From Patescibacteria group bacterium (GTDB lineage: Bacteria; Patescibacteriota; Microgenomatia; UBA12405): 64,000 nucleotides of DNA. Location: the NCBI GenBank assembly GCA_018902845.1, contig JAHIPV010000020.1, forward strand, positions 74,810 through 138,809, given 5' to 3'. This document shows, piece by piece, positions 1 through 9,898 of the stretch (positions are counted from its first letter, which is position 1; every line of letters begins with the position of its first letter). The translations under genes and the position numbers were made by a program. Below the pieces are notes generated by a model. That model saw only the letters and a list, made by a program, of their open reading frames with translations. It had not been told where the DNA came from and made no database searches.

Positions 1-156
1 ACCTCCATCGGTAATTAGAATTTCTATTCTTCCAGAGACTGACTTCGCTGTTGCTTGCTTGGGATAATCTTGAGAATTAATAGATTTTAGGCATTTGTTT
101 AATACTTTGGCTGAGTTGAGAGTTGGAATTACAATTGAAATGGTTGGATAGGTCAT
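1..156 (-). CDS. GT2 glycosyltransferase, N-terminal part (runs off the window)
   Basis: Manual translation from ATG at 156: MTYPTISIVIPTLNSAKVLNKCLKSINSQDYPK...IEILITDGG, a typical GT2 N-terminus. Confidence 0.85.
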   Translation of the reverse strand, partial: MTYPTISIVIPTLNSAKVLNKCLKSINSQDYPKQATAKSVSGRIEILITDGG

Positions 157-761
157 TTTTTAACTTTTATTAGCCAGTAACAGGCGTAATTTTTGAGTAT
201 TTTGGGTACTTTTTTTGAAAAGAGTTTGATTTTTTCAGCATGGAGACCAATGGCAACAGGGATAATTTTGTATTTTTTAAATTTTGATTTGATGAGTATT
301 TTTTTTAAGTCTTGGTAAGTATATTCCCTTTGGTGTTCTTGATATGGGAATTTTTTTTTGCCTGTGAAGAATTCTACAAAAACTCTGATTAATCTTTTTC
401 TGTTTGGTGTAGTTATCAACCCGATGCCGTTTGGTTTTAGAACTCGATAAGTTTCGTTTATGGCATTTAGATCATTTTTTGTGTGTTCCAGGGTGTGACT
501 GCTTATTAGTATTTCGAAGGTATTTGATTTGACATTGTTTAATTTTTGCCAATCCCCTTGTTTATATTTTATATTTTTAAAACTTTTGGGAATTCTTTGC
601 GCATAATATTCAATACCCAAACATTTTTTGCAATGTTTTGCCAGTTGTTTTGTTTTGCTTTTGTTACTGCTACCGATTTCGATTACATTTTTTTTGTTGT
701 TGGCGATTTTTTTGTATTCTTTTAGTAGAAGTATCCAATCGTATGAATTTTTTATTTTCAT
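153..761 (-). CDS. Class I SAM-dependent methyltransferase
   Basis: VIEIGS motif I, SHTLEH, YRVLKPNG and TTPN motifs. Confidence 0.85.
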   Translation of the reverse strand: MKIKNSYDWILLLKEYKKIANNKKNVIEIGSSNKSKTKQLAKHCKKCLGIEYYAQRIPKSFKNIKYKQGDWQKLNNVKSNTFEILISSHTLEHTKNDLNAINETYRVLKPNGIGLITTPNRKRLIRVFVEFFTGKKKFPYQEHQREYTYQDLKKILIKSKFKKYKIIPVAIGLHAEKIKLFSKKVPKILKNYACYWLIKVKK

Positions 762-762
762 T

Positions 763-2388
763 TTATTTAAAATCTTTGAGTTTGGAGAGGAATTTTAGGG
801 AGTATTTGGCTAGGTGGGTGAAGTCGTTTAGTGATCTTATGGAGAGGGTTTTTTTTAGTAAGAATTTTGGTGTTAAAACACCTTTGAAAAGAGATTGAAT
901 GAGTTGTATTTGTTTTTGTGATGAAATAGGAGATTTTATAACCGGCTGGCTCATGTCGTATTTGTCCCAATCTAGGGTAAGAAGCTTGTTGGCTTGTTTA
1001 AGCTCTTTAAAGAGTGGGGTGCCAGGATAAGGAATTAATAGAGTGGCTTGGATGGAATCGGCTAATCCGTCCTTGAATAACTGGCGAGCTAAGTTGAGGG
1101 TTTTTTGGGCGTCTGCTTCCGTTTCCCAAGGATAACCAATTATGATGGTAAGGTGATTTTCTATGCCGGCTTTCTTGGCCTTTACAAGAGTTTCTTTGAT
1201 ATCTGATACTTTAATGTTTTTATTGATTTTGTCTAAAGTTTTTTGATTAGCCGATTCAAGTCCGTATAGAATAAATCTGAAACCGGCTTTTTTCATCAGA
1301 TTAAACTCTTTTTGAGATAAAGCCCCCATTCTTAAATTACAGCCTAGTTTAATTTTTTTGTTAAAGCCCTTGTCTATTAGGCCATGGCAAAATTTTTTGA
1401 GCCAATCCCCTGTTGGAATAGTGCCGGAGTCATCAAAGACTTCTTTTATGTTGTAGTTTTCAATTAGATTTTGAATTTCTTTAAGGCTATGTTGAGGTGA
1501 AAAAGTTCGATAGGATTGGTTGGGAAAAAGTGTTGTCCAAGAACAGAAGGTACATTTTCCCCACCAGCAGTCACGGCCTGACATTATGTAGGCGCCGGGA
1601 GTGTATTTGAAGTTTGAATTGTTGTGGGTGTAGAGGTGGTTTTTGGTTAGAGCGCGATCGATGATGGGAAGAATATCTAGATTATGATTTTTTAGAGCGA
1701 ATTTACCGGAATTGAGGATTTTAGTATTGGTTTGTTTTTGGGGGGATCCTTCGACAGGCTCAGGATGACGATGGATAAGATTATGGTTTGATCTGAAATA
1801 AAAGCCCGGTGAGAGTTTGGTTCCTTTGGTCAGATGTTCTACTAAATTTAAGAGCATAAAGTCGTAGTCACCGCCGGTAAGGATGTAATCGACAGGAGAA
1901 TTTTTGAATGATTCAAGGGGTAGTGCGGTGACATGGTCGCCCATTAGGACGATGGTAGGCGTGTGTTGATTCCGATGGGATCTGCCAGAGGTGGACAGGT
2001 TGCCACGTCTGCGGGCGACCGCAAGGGTCGCCCCTACAAAAGAATTTGCAATAACAGTGGGTTTGTTGACAGAAAAAGCCTTTTTTATATCTTTGATTAT
2101 TTTCCAATGGGTTTTGATTACAGGAGTTTTGGTTTCTATGGCGATAAGACCGGGAGAGCGTTTGATTAAACGATTGAGCCATTGTTGGTATGAAAGTTTT
2201 TCTGCAATAGCGTCATCCCAAAAGACTTTATGGCCTTTGGATTTTAAAAGTGTAGCTGTATAAGCTGGAATGACGGGGAAAATAAAGTTTTTTGTGTTGG
2301 TCCATTGAAATTGGCGGTTTTGGGATAAAAAAGCAGTTTGGCTGTTTTTGTGAAGAGGAGGATAAGAGATTGAGACGGAAAAAGACAT
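763..2388 (-). CDS. B12-binding-domain radical SAM protein
   Basis: GRDCWWGKCTFC cluster motif, YGLESANQ, IIIGYPWET, PYPGTPL; two REP-derived inserts. Confidence 0.85.
   Translation of the reverse strand: MSFSVSISYPPLHKNSQTAFLSQNRQFQWTNTKNFIFPVIPAYTATLLKSKGHKVFWDDAIAEKLSYQQWLNRLIKRSPGLIAIETKTPVIKTHWKIIKDIKKAFSVNKPTVIANSFVGATLAVARRRGNLSTSGRSHRNQHTPTIVLMGDHVTALPLESFKNSPVDYILTGGDYDFMLLNLVEHLTKGTKLSPGFYFRSNHNLIHRHPEPVEGSPQKQTNTKILNSGKFALKNHNLDILPIIDRALTKNHLYTHNNSNFKYTPGAYIMSGRDCWWGKCTFCSWTTLFPNQSYRTFSPQHSLKEIQNLIENYNIKEVFDDSGTIPTGDWLKKFCHGLIDKGFNKKIKLGCNLRMGALSQKEFNLMKKAGFRFILYGLESANQKTLDKINKNIKVSDIKETLVKAKKAGIENHLTIIIGYPWETEADAQKTLNLARQLFKDGLADSIQATLLIPYPGTPLFKELKQANKLLTLDWDKYDMSQPVIKSPISSQKQIQLIQSLFKGVLTPKFLLKKTLSIRSLNDFTHLAKYSLKFLSKLKDFK
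1744..1770 (-). repeat. GTCAT-type REP in-frame in radical SAM gene (RHPEPVEGS)
   Basis: Minus strand CGTCATCCTGAGCCTGTCGAAGGATCC. Confidence 0.9.
1977..2056 (-). repeat. Composite element with GTAG-REP core (2013-2037), in-frame (VIANSFVGATLAVARRRGNL)
   Basis: GTAGGGGCGACCCTTGCGGTCGCCC hairpin with flanks shared with 47440, 48690 and 60384. Confidence 0.9.
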
Positions 2389-2406
2389 TGAGGTAGTATA
2401 GCGTGT

Positions 2407-3348
2407 TTAGGTTTGGCGGGGGGTGAAGGAGAGGGTTTTTTTGAGTAGGCCGATGATGAAATATATTCCGTAGTAGATATGAGTTGTGGGAATTGTTATT
2501 GTTCCGAGAATGGAAGCCAGAAGACCGTTTTTTTTGAGGAAACTAAGAAAGGTTAGGAATAATAGTAAGAGATAAGAAATTAGGGGTATCGCGTCAAACG
2601 CGACTGTGGAAAAAGGAAGGGAAAGTAAATAAACCAGAAAAAGACTGGGGAGGAAATAGCCCAGTCGAAGTGATGTTTGGGGAAATTTTTTGGCAAAGAA
2701 ACCGCGGTGGAGGGCGTATCTTTTGATTTGAGCCAGATGAGAATTAAAAATTTCTCGACGATGATGATAAACAACAATATTTGGATGATAGAGAATTTTT
2801 TTATTTAGTTTTTTGGTTAAATTTAGGCACAAAACCGTATCTTCTCCTGGCCAATGGTGGGTATCAAAGCCTTTTACTTTGTTGAAATCAGATTTTTTGA
2901 CTATTAAATTGACGGTTGGATAATCGTCGACGAATCTTTGTTTTTGGATACTGTTTCTATAACGGCCGGCCGCTCCACTGCCAAGCCATGACGACCAGAC
3001 TAATCCTGAAGCAATTTGCTTAATATTGTTATTGGGTGGAGTGAGACAGGGACCGCAAACAGCAGAGAGATTGGTGTTGGTGTTGAAAACCTTTAAAGCA
3101 TTTTTGAGCCAGTTTTTGTCAGGATAAGAATCGTCGTCAAGGAAAGCCAGGTATTTGCCTTTGGCCATTTTGGCTCCTAAATTTCTTTTTTGGGCCGGAT
3201 TGGCAGTCTTAGAAATTTTGTCTGTGATTACCAGAATTTCGAAATTTTTGAAGGTTTGATTTTTGAGATGAGATAAGGTTTGGGTCAGAAATTTATTTTT
3301 TTTGCGGATAGGAATGATGATGGAGAAGGAAAAATTGTGATTTTTCAA
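2407..3348 (-). CDS. GT2 glycosyltransferase
   Basis: FSIIIP, RNLGAKMAKGKYLAFLDDD, GED motif, C-terminal TM segments. Confidence 0.9.
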   Translation of the reverse strand: MKNHNFSFSIIIPIRKKNKFLTQTLSHLKNQTFKNFEILVITDKISKTANPAQKRNLGAKMAKGKYLAFLDDDSYPDKNWLKNALKVFNTNTNLSAVCGPCLTPPNNNIKQIASGLVWSSWLGSGAAGRYRNSIQKQRFVDDYPTVNLIVKKSDFNKVKGFDTHHWPGEDTVLCLNLTKKLNKKILYHPNIVVYHHRREIFNSHLAQIKRYALHRGFFAKKFPQTSLRLGYFLPSLFLVYLLSLPFSTVAFDAIPLISYLLLLFLTFLSFLKKNGLLASILGTITIPTTHIYYGIYFIIGLLKKTLSFTPRQT

Positions 3349-3384
3349 ATTTTTAATTTCTAATTTTTAATTTCTAAATTAATT

Positions 3385-3439
3385 TTGCCATCACGAGTCC
3401 TTCGGTGGCACTCAGGACAAGCTTCGCGTGGCAATGACA
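3385..3439 (-). repeat. Intergenic composite palindromic element
   Basis: ttgcca...tggcaatgaca arms enclosing a ccttcggtggcactcaggacaagc module. Confidence 0.7.
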
Positions 3440-3444
3440 GATAA

Positions 3445-4245
3445 TTATTGTCCGGTGTTGATGCGGAGTTGGAGATCGGGGTTGAATTTCCATTTTCTCT
3501 TGTTGGAATCGTTATAGTATCTAAGAATACGCAAACGATAAAAAATTGCCAAAGTGTCGATAAATGTTTTGTAAATTGTTTTTAGCATTGAATTATGCAG
3601 ATGTAAATTATCAAAATCATAATTTAGTTTGATTGGTGCTTCATATATACGTTTAAAACCTAAATGTTTTGAAACGGCTAAAATTTCGAGATCAAAGGCG
3701 AAGCTTTTTACTAAAAGCCTTGGCAAAACTTTTTCCAATACTTTTCTTTTAAAAATTTTTACTCCTGCCTGCGTATCACGGATTTTGAGATTAAAGAGTG
3801 TGCGAGAAATGAGATAAACAAAGAAGCTGATGATTTTTCGATCAATTGGGTAATTAACAAGGGAAGCGGGGTGGCGTTTTGATCCGACTATAATATCGGC
3901 GTCATACCATTCTAAGTGTTCCAGAAGCATAGAAATGCCGTTGGGATCGATTTCCATGCCTGCATCTATGAAGGCGATGTAATCCCCTTTTGTTTTTGTC
4001 ATACCAAAACGAATAGCGTGGCCTTTGCCGTGATTGTGTTTGTAAGTGTAAATTTTTAGATTTTTGCGTTTAATTTGTTGGCAGATTTTGTATGAGTTAT
4101 CTTCGTTTTTGCCGTCCACTATGGCAATGATTTCGTATGGATAACGAATTTTTTGTAAAGTATTGTCAATGTTTAAAATATCTTTTTTGATGGTTTTTTC
4201 TTGCTTGTAGATAGGGATGATGATTGAGAGGAAATGGGTATTCAT
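3445..4245 (-). CDS. GT2, dolichol/polyprenol-phosphate glycosyltransferase-like
   Basis: LSIIIP, NHGKGHA, FIDAG, RDTQAGVK, FAFDLEIL; likely start ATG 4245 because the upstream extension is REP sequence. Confidence 0.85.
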   Translation of the reverse strand: MNTHFLSIIIPIYKQEKTIKKDILNIDNTLQKIRYPYEIIAIVDGKNEDNSYKICQQIKRKNLKIYTYKHNHGKGHAIRFGMTKTKGDYIAFIDAGMEIDPNGISMLLEHLEWYDADIIVGSKRHPASLVNYPIDRKIISFFVYLISRTLFNLKIRDTQAGVKIFKRKVLEKVLPRLLVKSFAFDLEILAVSKHLGFKRIYEAPIKLNYDFDNLHLHNSMLKTIYKTFIDTLAIFYRLRILRYYNDSNKRKWKFNPDLQLRINTGQ

Positions 4246-4258
4246 TTTATGTTTTATT

Positions 4259-5404
4259 TCATTTAATCGGGCGACCGCAAGGGTCGCCCTTACGAATGTA
4301 TTTCGTGGCAATTGCGGGGTGACAGAGTCGGTAAACGGCCAGAGTTTGGAGAGCGGTCAGTTTCCATGAAAAAGCCCTGGCTCTTTTTTGTCCCAGTTTG
4401 GAAAATTTTTGTCTTAATTTTGGACTGGTCATGAGTTTTTTTAGGGCCTTTTTAATACTTTTAAGGGATTTTGGATTAAAAAATACTCCGTTATAGTCCA
4501 TAATTTCGGCCAAACTGCTTTGAAGACTATAACAAACCGGGCAACCCGATTGCATAGCCTCTAAGGGGGTAAGACCGAAGCCTTCGGCAAAAGATGGTTG
4601 GCAATAAAAAGTAGCCAGATTGTAGATTTTGGCAAGATCCGGATCAGGAACGAAGCCGGTAAGTGTTAAAAGCGGGTGGTGTGTTTTTTGGAGCCAGAGG
4701 AGATCTTGGTTCCAGGGATGATTAATTACGTTTTTGCGAGTAGCGGCAGAACCAACTATAACAAGTGGGTATTTTAAGGATAAACAGGCCCTAACAAGAT
4801 TGGGAATGTTTTTGTTCCAATTGATATCGCCAACATAAAGAACAAATTTTTTTGGCAGTTTGTATTTTTTCCTAATTTTTTCTAATTCTTTTGTGTTTTT
4901 GATTGATTTAAAAATTGGATCGGCTCCGAGATAAATAGGATAGATTTGGTCGGTTGGATATTTAGTGATTTTGTGTATTGCGTATTTTGAGAAGTGTGAA
5001 TCTGTGATAATATAATCGACTTTTTTTAGACGATTTTTTTGGATTAGCCAACGGACATTACCTTTTATGCCGACTGGATAGTGTTTTTTAAATTGGCGAG
5101 GGATAAGATCGTGGACTGTGACTATGGTAGGAACGGTTTTTTGAGGTAGGGTTAGTTGAAAAGGATCGAAATAAGGATAATGCAATAAATCAAAAGTTCC
5201 AATTTTTAATTTTTCCCCCTTCGGGTGACTTCGCTTCGCTTCGCAATTTTTAATTAGTTTTAAAGACCAGGATTTATATTCGGGGTTGGTTTTTAGTTCT
5301 CTTTGGAGATATTTGACTAGATTTTTGGTATAAAAACCAACTCCTCTTTTGGAATTGGCATTTTTTGTGGGAGAGATATCAATAGCGATTTTAAATTTTT
5401 TCAT
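4259..5404 (-). CDS. GT4 glycosyltransferase
   Basis: TVHDLIP, EGFGLTPLEAM; ATG 5404 overlaps the upstream stop; REP-derived C-terminus KGDPCGRP. Confidence 0.9.
   Translation of the reverse strand: MKKFKIAIDISPTKNANSKRGVGFYTKNLVKYLQRELKTNPEYKSWSLKLIKNCEAKRSHPKGEKLKIGTFDLLHYPYFDPFQLTLPQKTVPTIVTVHDLIPRQFKKHYPVGIKGNVRWLIQKNRLKKVDYIITDSHFSKYAIHKITKYPTDQIYPIYLGADPIFKSIKNTKELEKIRKKYKLPKKFVLYVGDINWNKNIPNLVRACLSLKYPLVIVGSAATRKNVINHPWNQDLLWLQKTHHPLLTLTGFVPDPDLAKIYNLATFYCQPSFAEGFGLTPLEAMQSGCPVCYSLQSSLAEIMDYNGVFFNPKSLKSIKKALKKLMTSPKLRQKFSKLGQKRARAFSWKLTALQTLAVYRLCHPAIATKYIRKGDPCGRPIK
4269..4293 (-). repeat. GTAG-type REP (GTAA variant) in GT4 3' end
   Basis: gggcgaccgcaagggtcgcccttac. Confidence 0.9.
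5215..5244 (-). repeat. GTCACCCG-GGGGG family element in-frame (EAKRSHPKGE)
   Basis: cccccttcgggtgacttcgcttcgcttcgc. Confidence 0.8.
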
Positions 5405-6213
5405 TAATTCCAGTCGGTTTTTAGATTTATAGATCGTTTGGTTTTTTTTAGTTCCCAGAATTTGATAAAAGCGATGGGGAAACGAAGAGAAGAAAAATAA
5501 CAAAAAATAAAACCGGGAAATCCATCTACAAAGCCTTTGTGTCTAAAGTAGGTTAATAAAAACCAATGAATTGGTTTGACAAGAAAATAATTTAAAATAC
5601 TTAGAAAATTAATTTTGAAATCTTGATCAATTAATTCTTGGGCTATTAGGGTGGTGTAGCGATTGTTGCGTTCTATATAGCGTGAAAATGAATAATCGGC
5701 GTAGTGAAGAAGATCGTTTTTTAGACTGCTGATTTTTCCATTTATTTCTACTTGTTCGTGAACCGATTTGCACGGTAGCCAACCTTTATTATTTTTAAAA
5801 AATCTGATAACCGGATCCGGATATTGTCCGCCTTTTTGCAAAAATTCACCTAAAAAATAATTTTTCCTTTTTATCCAAAAACCGTTATAGGGAACTTTGT
5901 TTATTGGTCTTTTTAAAATATATTGAATTTCTTTTTTTAGTCTTGGAGTGACTCTTTCGTCTGCATCTAATTGAAGAATCCAACCACCGTTGCATTTGTC
6001 TATGGCTTTTTGTTTATTAATATGAAAAATGGCTTTATTGGCGGTTTTGATTATCTTAACCTTTTTGTAGTTTTTGGCAATCTGGCGAGTTTTGTCAGTA
6101 GAGTTTCCGTCAACTAAAATTATTTCGTTGACCCATTTTAGACAATCAAGGAAGTCTTTTATGTTGTGTTCTTCGTTGTAGGTGGCAACGGCGACTGAGA
6201 TAGTATGTTTCAT
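5404..6213 (-). CDS. GT2, beta-1,4-glucosyltransferase (LgtF/KdtX)-like
   Basis: VDGNSTD, WILQLDADE, SVHEQ, GFVDGFPG. Confidence 0.85.
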   Translation of the reverse strand: MKHTISVAVATYNEEHNIKDFLDCLKWVNEIILVDGNSTDKTRQIAKNYKKVKIIKTANKAIFHINKQKAIDKCNGGWILQLDADERVTPRLKKEIQYILKRPINKVPYNGFWIKRKNYFLGEFLQKGGQYPDPVIRFFKNNKGWLPCKSVHEQVEINGKISSLKNDLLHYADYSFSRYIERNNRYTTLIAQELIDQDFKINFLSILNYFLVKPIHWFLLTYFRHKGFVDGFPGFIFCYFSSLRFPIAFIKFWELKKTKRSINLKTDWN

Positions 6214-6288
6214 ATTTAAATTAAATTTAAATTAAATTCTAAATCCTAATATTTTTGTTTTGGATTTTTGATTTAGTATTTAGGATTT

Positions 6289-8085
6289 TCATTGTTTAGT
6301 ATATATTTTAAACGCTGGGAGGTCGTTTGTGAAATTGATGATATCAACCGGCTGAATTGGAACAGTTTCGTTTGAGGCTACTATAAGTGAATTTGAAGGA
6401 ATATTATCCCAATTAATTTTTTCAAAATGAATATTATCTATTTGTTTTACTGTAGAAAAACCAAATTTATCCGGAGGTGTTAATTTGATTTGGTTATGAA
6501 GGGCAGGTGGTGGATATTTTGAATAAAAAAGATACAGGATGTAAGGTTGATCGTATTTATCGGTTATATAGATGTTGCTAAAATTATTTTTTTGAGACTC
6601 TATATAAGGAATTAGCCGATCAAAACCTTGATTCCATGCAAAGGGATAGCGTTTGGGGGAGTGAATGTGATAAGAGCTAAGGTAGTAGGCTATCGAGTAG
6701 GAGTAAAAAATAACAAGAAAGAAGAGTATGGAGGGTTGTTTGTGAGTAAGACTTAAGAAAGATTGAATACCAAAAGCGGTGAGGATAGTGAGGGGGATGA
6801 CCATGGGAAGAGCGCGGAGAGCGGATGGGGCCTGGAAAGTGAGGGATGAAGCTATGGGTGAGAGAAAAAGCCAGAGAAAAATAAACTTATAATTTGTTTG
6901 AGTGGTTATGAGATCCCTCGACTTCGCTCGGGATGACAATAACTTCGCTCGGGATGACAATAACTTCGCTCGGGATGACAATAACTTCGCTCGGGATGAC
7001 AGCATAACTACAATGCCTAGAATTAAAAATGGGAGTTCTATTAAATGGAATTGACCTATTTCTGGGCTTTTGGAACGTGGGACCTCGTCTCCATTGATAA
7101 AAAGAAAGTTTAAATCAAAGTGGGAAAAGTATTTTTCGGCCCATGAAATTGCGTAAAGAACTCGGGCATTATGTGTGATTCTGTTAATCAGTGTTGTTTT
7201 TTGACTTTGGTTAAAGTGGTGATTTAATAATTCATTGGAACGCCACAGTGGACCTTGATCGGCTGTTATACCAACTCCGGAAAAACGAGTTGTACCGCCA
7301 TTCTTGAAGAAGGAAAAAACAACTGGCAGAGTGATAAGGATGCCAAAAAATAAAGAAAGGATAAATTTTTTATGAGATCCTTCGGCAAGCTCAGGATGAC
7401 GTAGTATTTTATTTCGATTAATAAAAAATAAAGATAAAGCAAGTAAGGGGGCGAAAATGCGGGCAGAGTGATAGGTGTATAAAGAAAGAGAAAGGAAAAG
7501 AGCGAAGAGATAAAGATTGTGTTTTCCCCCTGCGGGTGACTGCGCTGATGCTTGTTTTGTGTTAGTGTTTTTGTAGAAATAATAAGTGCCGATAATAATA
7601 AACGAGAGGGCGGTACAGGATTCCCAGGCACCGCGGGAAAAGTGGATGTGCCAGGGGTTAATAGAAAGCAAGAAAGCAGAAAGTAGAGAAAGTGTTAAAT
7701 TGTTTGTAATAAGAAGAACAAGTTTGTAAAGAAAATAAATTGAAAGAATTGAAAGAATTAGGTTAGGGAGGCGAACAGCAAGAGGAGTAAGGCCAAGGAT
7801 TTTGATAAAAGGAAGAGTAAGGTAAAAATATCCTCCGGGTTTGAAGTCACTAAATGATTTAAAATGAATGGGCCAAGGGATACTGTGTTCGTCTTTTCCG
7901 GTTTGGAGTAAAGAGTAAGCATTGTAGCCGATAGCGGCTTCGTCTGGATTGAGAGAAGGAAGATTGGAGATATTGTAGAAACGGAGAAGAATTGCAAGGA
8001 TGAGAATATATACGATAGGATTCTTCGCTACGCTCAGAATGACGACTGTTGGTTTGGTTTTGTTTGATTGATGATTGTTTGTCAT
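6289..8085 (-). CDS. GT-C (ArnT/PMT_2-like) membrane glycosyltransferase
   Basis: NPDEAAIGYNAYS, TGKDE, multiple TM segments; four REP inserts. Confidence 0.85.
   Translation of the reverse strand: MTNNHQSNKTKPTVVILSVAKNPIVYILILAILLRFYNISNLPSLNPDEAAIGYNAYSLLQTGKDEHSIPWPIHFKSFSDFKPGGYFYLTLPFIKILGLTPLAVRLPNLILSILSIYFLYKLVLLITNNLTLSLLSAFLLSINPWHIHFSRGAWESCTALSFIIIGTYYFYKNTNTKQASAQSPAGGKHNLYLFALFLSLSLYTYHSARIFAPLLALSLFFINRNKILRHPELAEGSHKKFILSLFFGILITLPVVFSFFKNGGTTRFSGVGITADQGPLWRSNELLNHHFNQSQKTTLINRITHNARVLYAISWAEKYFSHFDLNFLFINGDEVPRSKSPEIGQFHLIELPFLILGIVVMLSSRAKLLSSRAKLLSSRAKLLSSRAKSRDLITTQTNYKFIFLWLFLSPIASSLTFQAPSALRALPMVIPLTILTAFGIQSFLSLTHKQPSILFFLVIFYSYSIAYYLSSYHIHSPKRYPFAWNQGFDRLIPYIESQKNNFSNIYITDKYDQPYILYLFYSKYPPPALHNQIKLTPPDKFGFSTVKQIDNIHFEKINWDNIPSNSLIVASNETVPIQPVDIINFTNDLPAFKIYTKQ
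6910..7001 (-). repeat. REP with three extra tandem 21-bp partial copies, in-frame (LSSRAKL x3 + LSSRAKSRDL)
   Basis: gagatccctcgacttcgctcgggatgaca followed by (ataacttcgctcgggatgaca)x3. Confidence 0.95.
7374..7401 (-). repeat. GTCAT-type REP in-frame (RHPELAEGSH)
   Basis: gagatccttcggcaagctcaggatgacg. Confidence 0.9.
7526..7553 (-). repeat. GTCACCCG-GGGGG element in-frame (QASAQSPAGG)
   Basis: ccccctgcgggtgactgcgctgatgcttg; near-identical to 35410-35438. Confidence 0.85.
8018..8044 (-). repeat. GTCAT-type REP in-frame (VILSVAKNP)
   Basis: ggattcttcgctacgctcagaatgacg. Confidence 0.9.
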
Positions 8086-8104
8086 TTTGTTTATATTGAT
8101 TTAA

Positions 8105-9898
8105 TTATTTTGGGAGGTTATGAGATCCCTCCACTTCGGTCGGGATGACAGAAGTTTGGTAGGCATAGAAGGTGGAAATATTATTAATTGGAGATAATTG
8201 TATTAATTTAGAAAAATCAGTTGATTTATCTATACCAAGGCGAATTATTTCTTGGTGTGAATAAATTACCAAAGTATTTTGTTGGCTTTTGATGAATTGG
8301 AAATCTGGTGCATGAAAGATAATGTTGTCGAGTTTTTCAATTTTACCTGTATCCCCTACTTGGTTTTTTGTCAAAAATGCTTGTTGTTGATATTTAAGAG
8401 GTGGATATTTTGAATAAAAAAGATAGTAGATGTATGGTTGGTTGTAGAAATCGGTAAAATATATATTGTCATATTTATTTTGATTTTTGATTAAATATTG
8501 AATTGATTCTTCGTAGCCGTATAAAAAGTCTTGAGGTGATTTTTTGGTCATATGGTTTAGGTATAGATCTGAATAGTAAAAAAAAGAGAAAAAATAGACA
8601 GTAATGAGCAAAAAGTAAAAAGTAAAGAAAATTGATTTATGACCGTGCCTACCGGCAGGCAGGTTTATGAAATATGATTTATGAATAAAACTTAAAAAAG
8701 AATTGAGGCCAAGAGAAATAAAGAAAACTATGGGGATGGAGAGGGACATGGTGCGGGTGGCTTGGATGGAATCACGGGTAAGAGAAGCGGGAATGGGGGC
8801 GATGAGAAGCCAGAATAGGAAGAAGATGGAAAGCGTTGAAAACGAAAGTGAATGAAAAATTCCAATGAGAAGAAAAATTATACTGGGGTAAAGAATAACA
8901 CCGATATAAGGAGCTGAGTGGCGGGGATTTTGCCAATCGCCTTGGAAAATAAGAAATTTAGGCGAAAAGTGATTAAAATAGCGGTTTAAAAAATTTCGTA
9001 GAAAAAAGATTGGTTGATTGTAAAAAATTTGATAGTCCAGTTTATTGCCTTCGGAGATAATTGTTTCAGTTTCTTGTTGGCTTCTGGGATAAGAAAAAAG
9101 ACTTAAGACTTTTAGACGATTAGTGTCAGATGAAAATAAGAGGCCATAAATAATGGGAAGGGAAAGAAGAAAGAGAGGAAGAATGAAGTGTTTTAAAAAT
9201 TTATTTTTGTTTTTTTGTATTTTCCCCCTGCGGGTGACTGCGTTGACATTTGTTTTTAAATTAATTGAAAACAAAATAAATATCAAAAACAGACTGATCA
9301 TTTTGGCTGACTGATAGGTGTATAGAGAAAGTGAAAAGGCAAGAGACGAGAGTAAAAAATAATTGTTTTTTTTAATGTTCCCCCTGCGGGTGACTGCGTT
9401 TTCGCTTGTGATGGCTTTGAAAAAAAAATAGGAAGCCAGAATTAATTGGAATGTAAGAATATTGGTTTCCCAGGCTCCCCTACTGTAGTGAATGTTGTAT
9501 GGATTGAAGGCTAATATCAGAGCTGATATTAGAGCTAAGTTGCGTGTTTTCTTGTTTTTGGGATTAATTTGGGTGATGAGCAAATACAAAAACAAAGGTG
9601 TTAATGAGCCTAAAATAATTGATGGCAGACGGACTGAAAGCGGATTAAGGCCGAATATGGCCACAAATGGAACAGTAAGATAGATATAAAAACCTGGTTT
9701 GTAGTCTCCAAAAGATTTAAAAATTAATGGCAAGAATTCACCATATTCGTCTTTGCCGGTTTTGAGAATTGAATAAGCGTTATAGCCGATAGCAGTTTCG
9801 TCCCAAAGTAAGGGTGGATACGAATTTGTTTTGTAAATTCTTATAAAAAAAGCTGTGAGGGTGATTAAAAGAAGGATTATTTTGGTTTTTTTATTCAT
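8105..9898 (-). CDS. GT-C (ArnT/PMT_2-like) membrane glycosyltransferase
   Basis: LWDETAIGYNAYS, FGDYKPG; likely start ATG 9898; repeat inserts at 8122, 8646, 9224, 9380. Confidence 0.85.
   Translation of the reverse strand: MNKKTKIILLLITLTAFFIRIYKTNSYPPLLWDETAIGYNAYSILKTGKDEYGEFLPLIFKSFGDYKPGFYIYLTVPFVAIFGLNPLSVRLPSIILGSLTPLFLYLLITQINPKNKKTRNLALISALILAFNPYNIHYSRGAWETNILTFQLILASYFFFKAITSENAVTRRGNIKKNNYFLLSSLAFSLSLYTYQSAKMISLFLIFILFSINLKTNVNAVTRRGKIQKNKNKFLKHFILPLFLLSLPIIYGLLFSSDTNRLKVLSLFSYPRSQQETETIISEGNKLDYQIFYNQPIFFLRNFLNRYFNHFSPKFLIFQGDWQNPRHSAPYIGVILYPSIIFLLIGIFHSLSFSTLSIFFLFWLLIAPIPASLTRDSIQATRTMSLSIPIVFFISLGLNSFLSFIHKSYFINLPAGRHGHKSIFFTFYFLLITVYFFSFFYYSDLYLNHMTKKSPQDFLYGYEESIQYLIKNQNKYDNIYFTDFYNQPYIYYLFYSKYPPLKYQQQAFLTKNQVGDTGKIEKLDNIIFHAPDFQFIKSQQNTLVIYSHQEIIRLGIDKSTDFSKLIQLSPINNISTFYAYQTSVIPTEVEGSHNLPK
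8122..8150 (-). repeat. GTCAT-type REP forming the protein C-terminus (VIPTEVEGSH)
   Basis: gagatccctccacttcggtcgggatgaca. Confidence 0.9.
9224..9398 (-). repeat. Two GTCACCCG-GGGGG elements (9224-9242, 9380-9398), both read NAVTRRG
   Basis: ccccctgcgggtgactgcg occurs twice in one gene. Confidence 0.85.

Noticed and set aside
6910-7001. Possible CRISPR array
   Set aside because: Units are contiguous with no unique spacers, lie in-frame in a CDS, and there are no cas genes.
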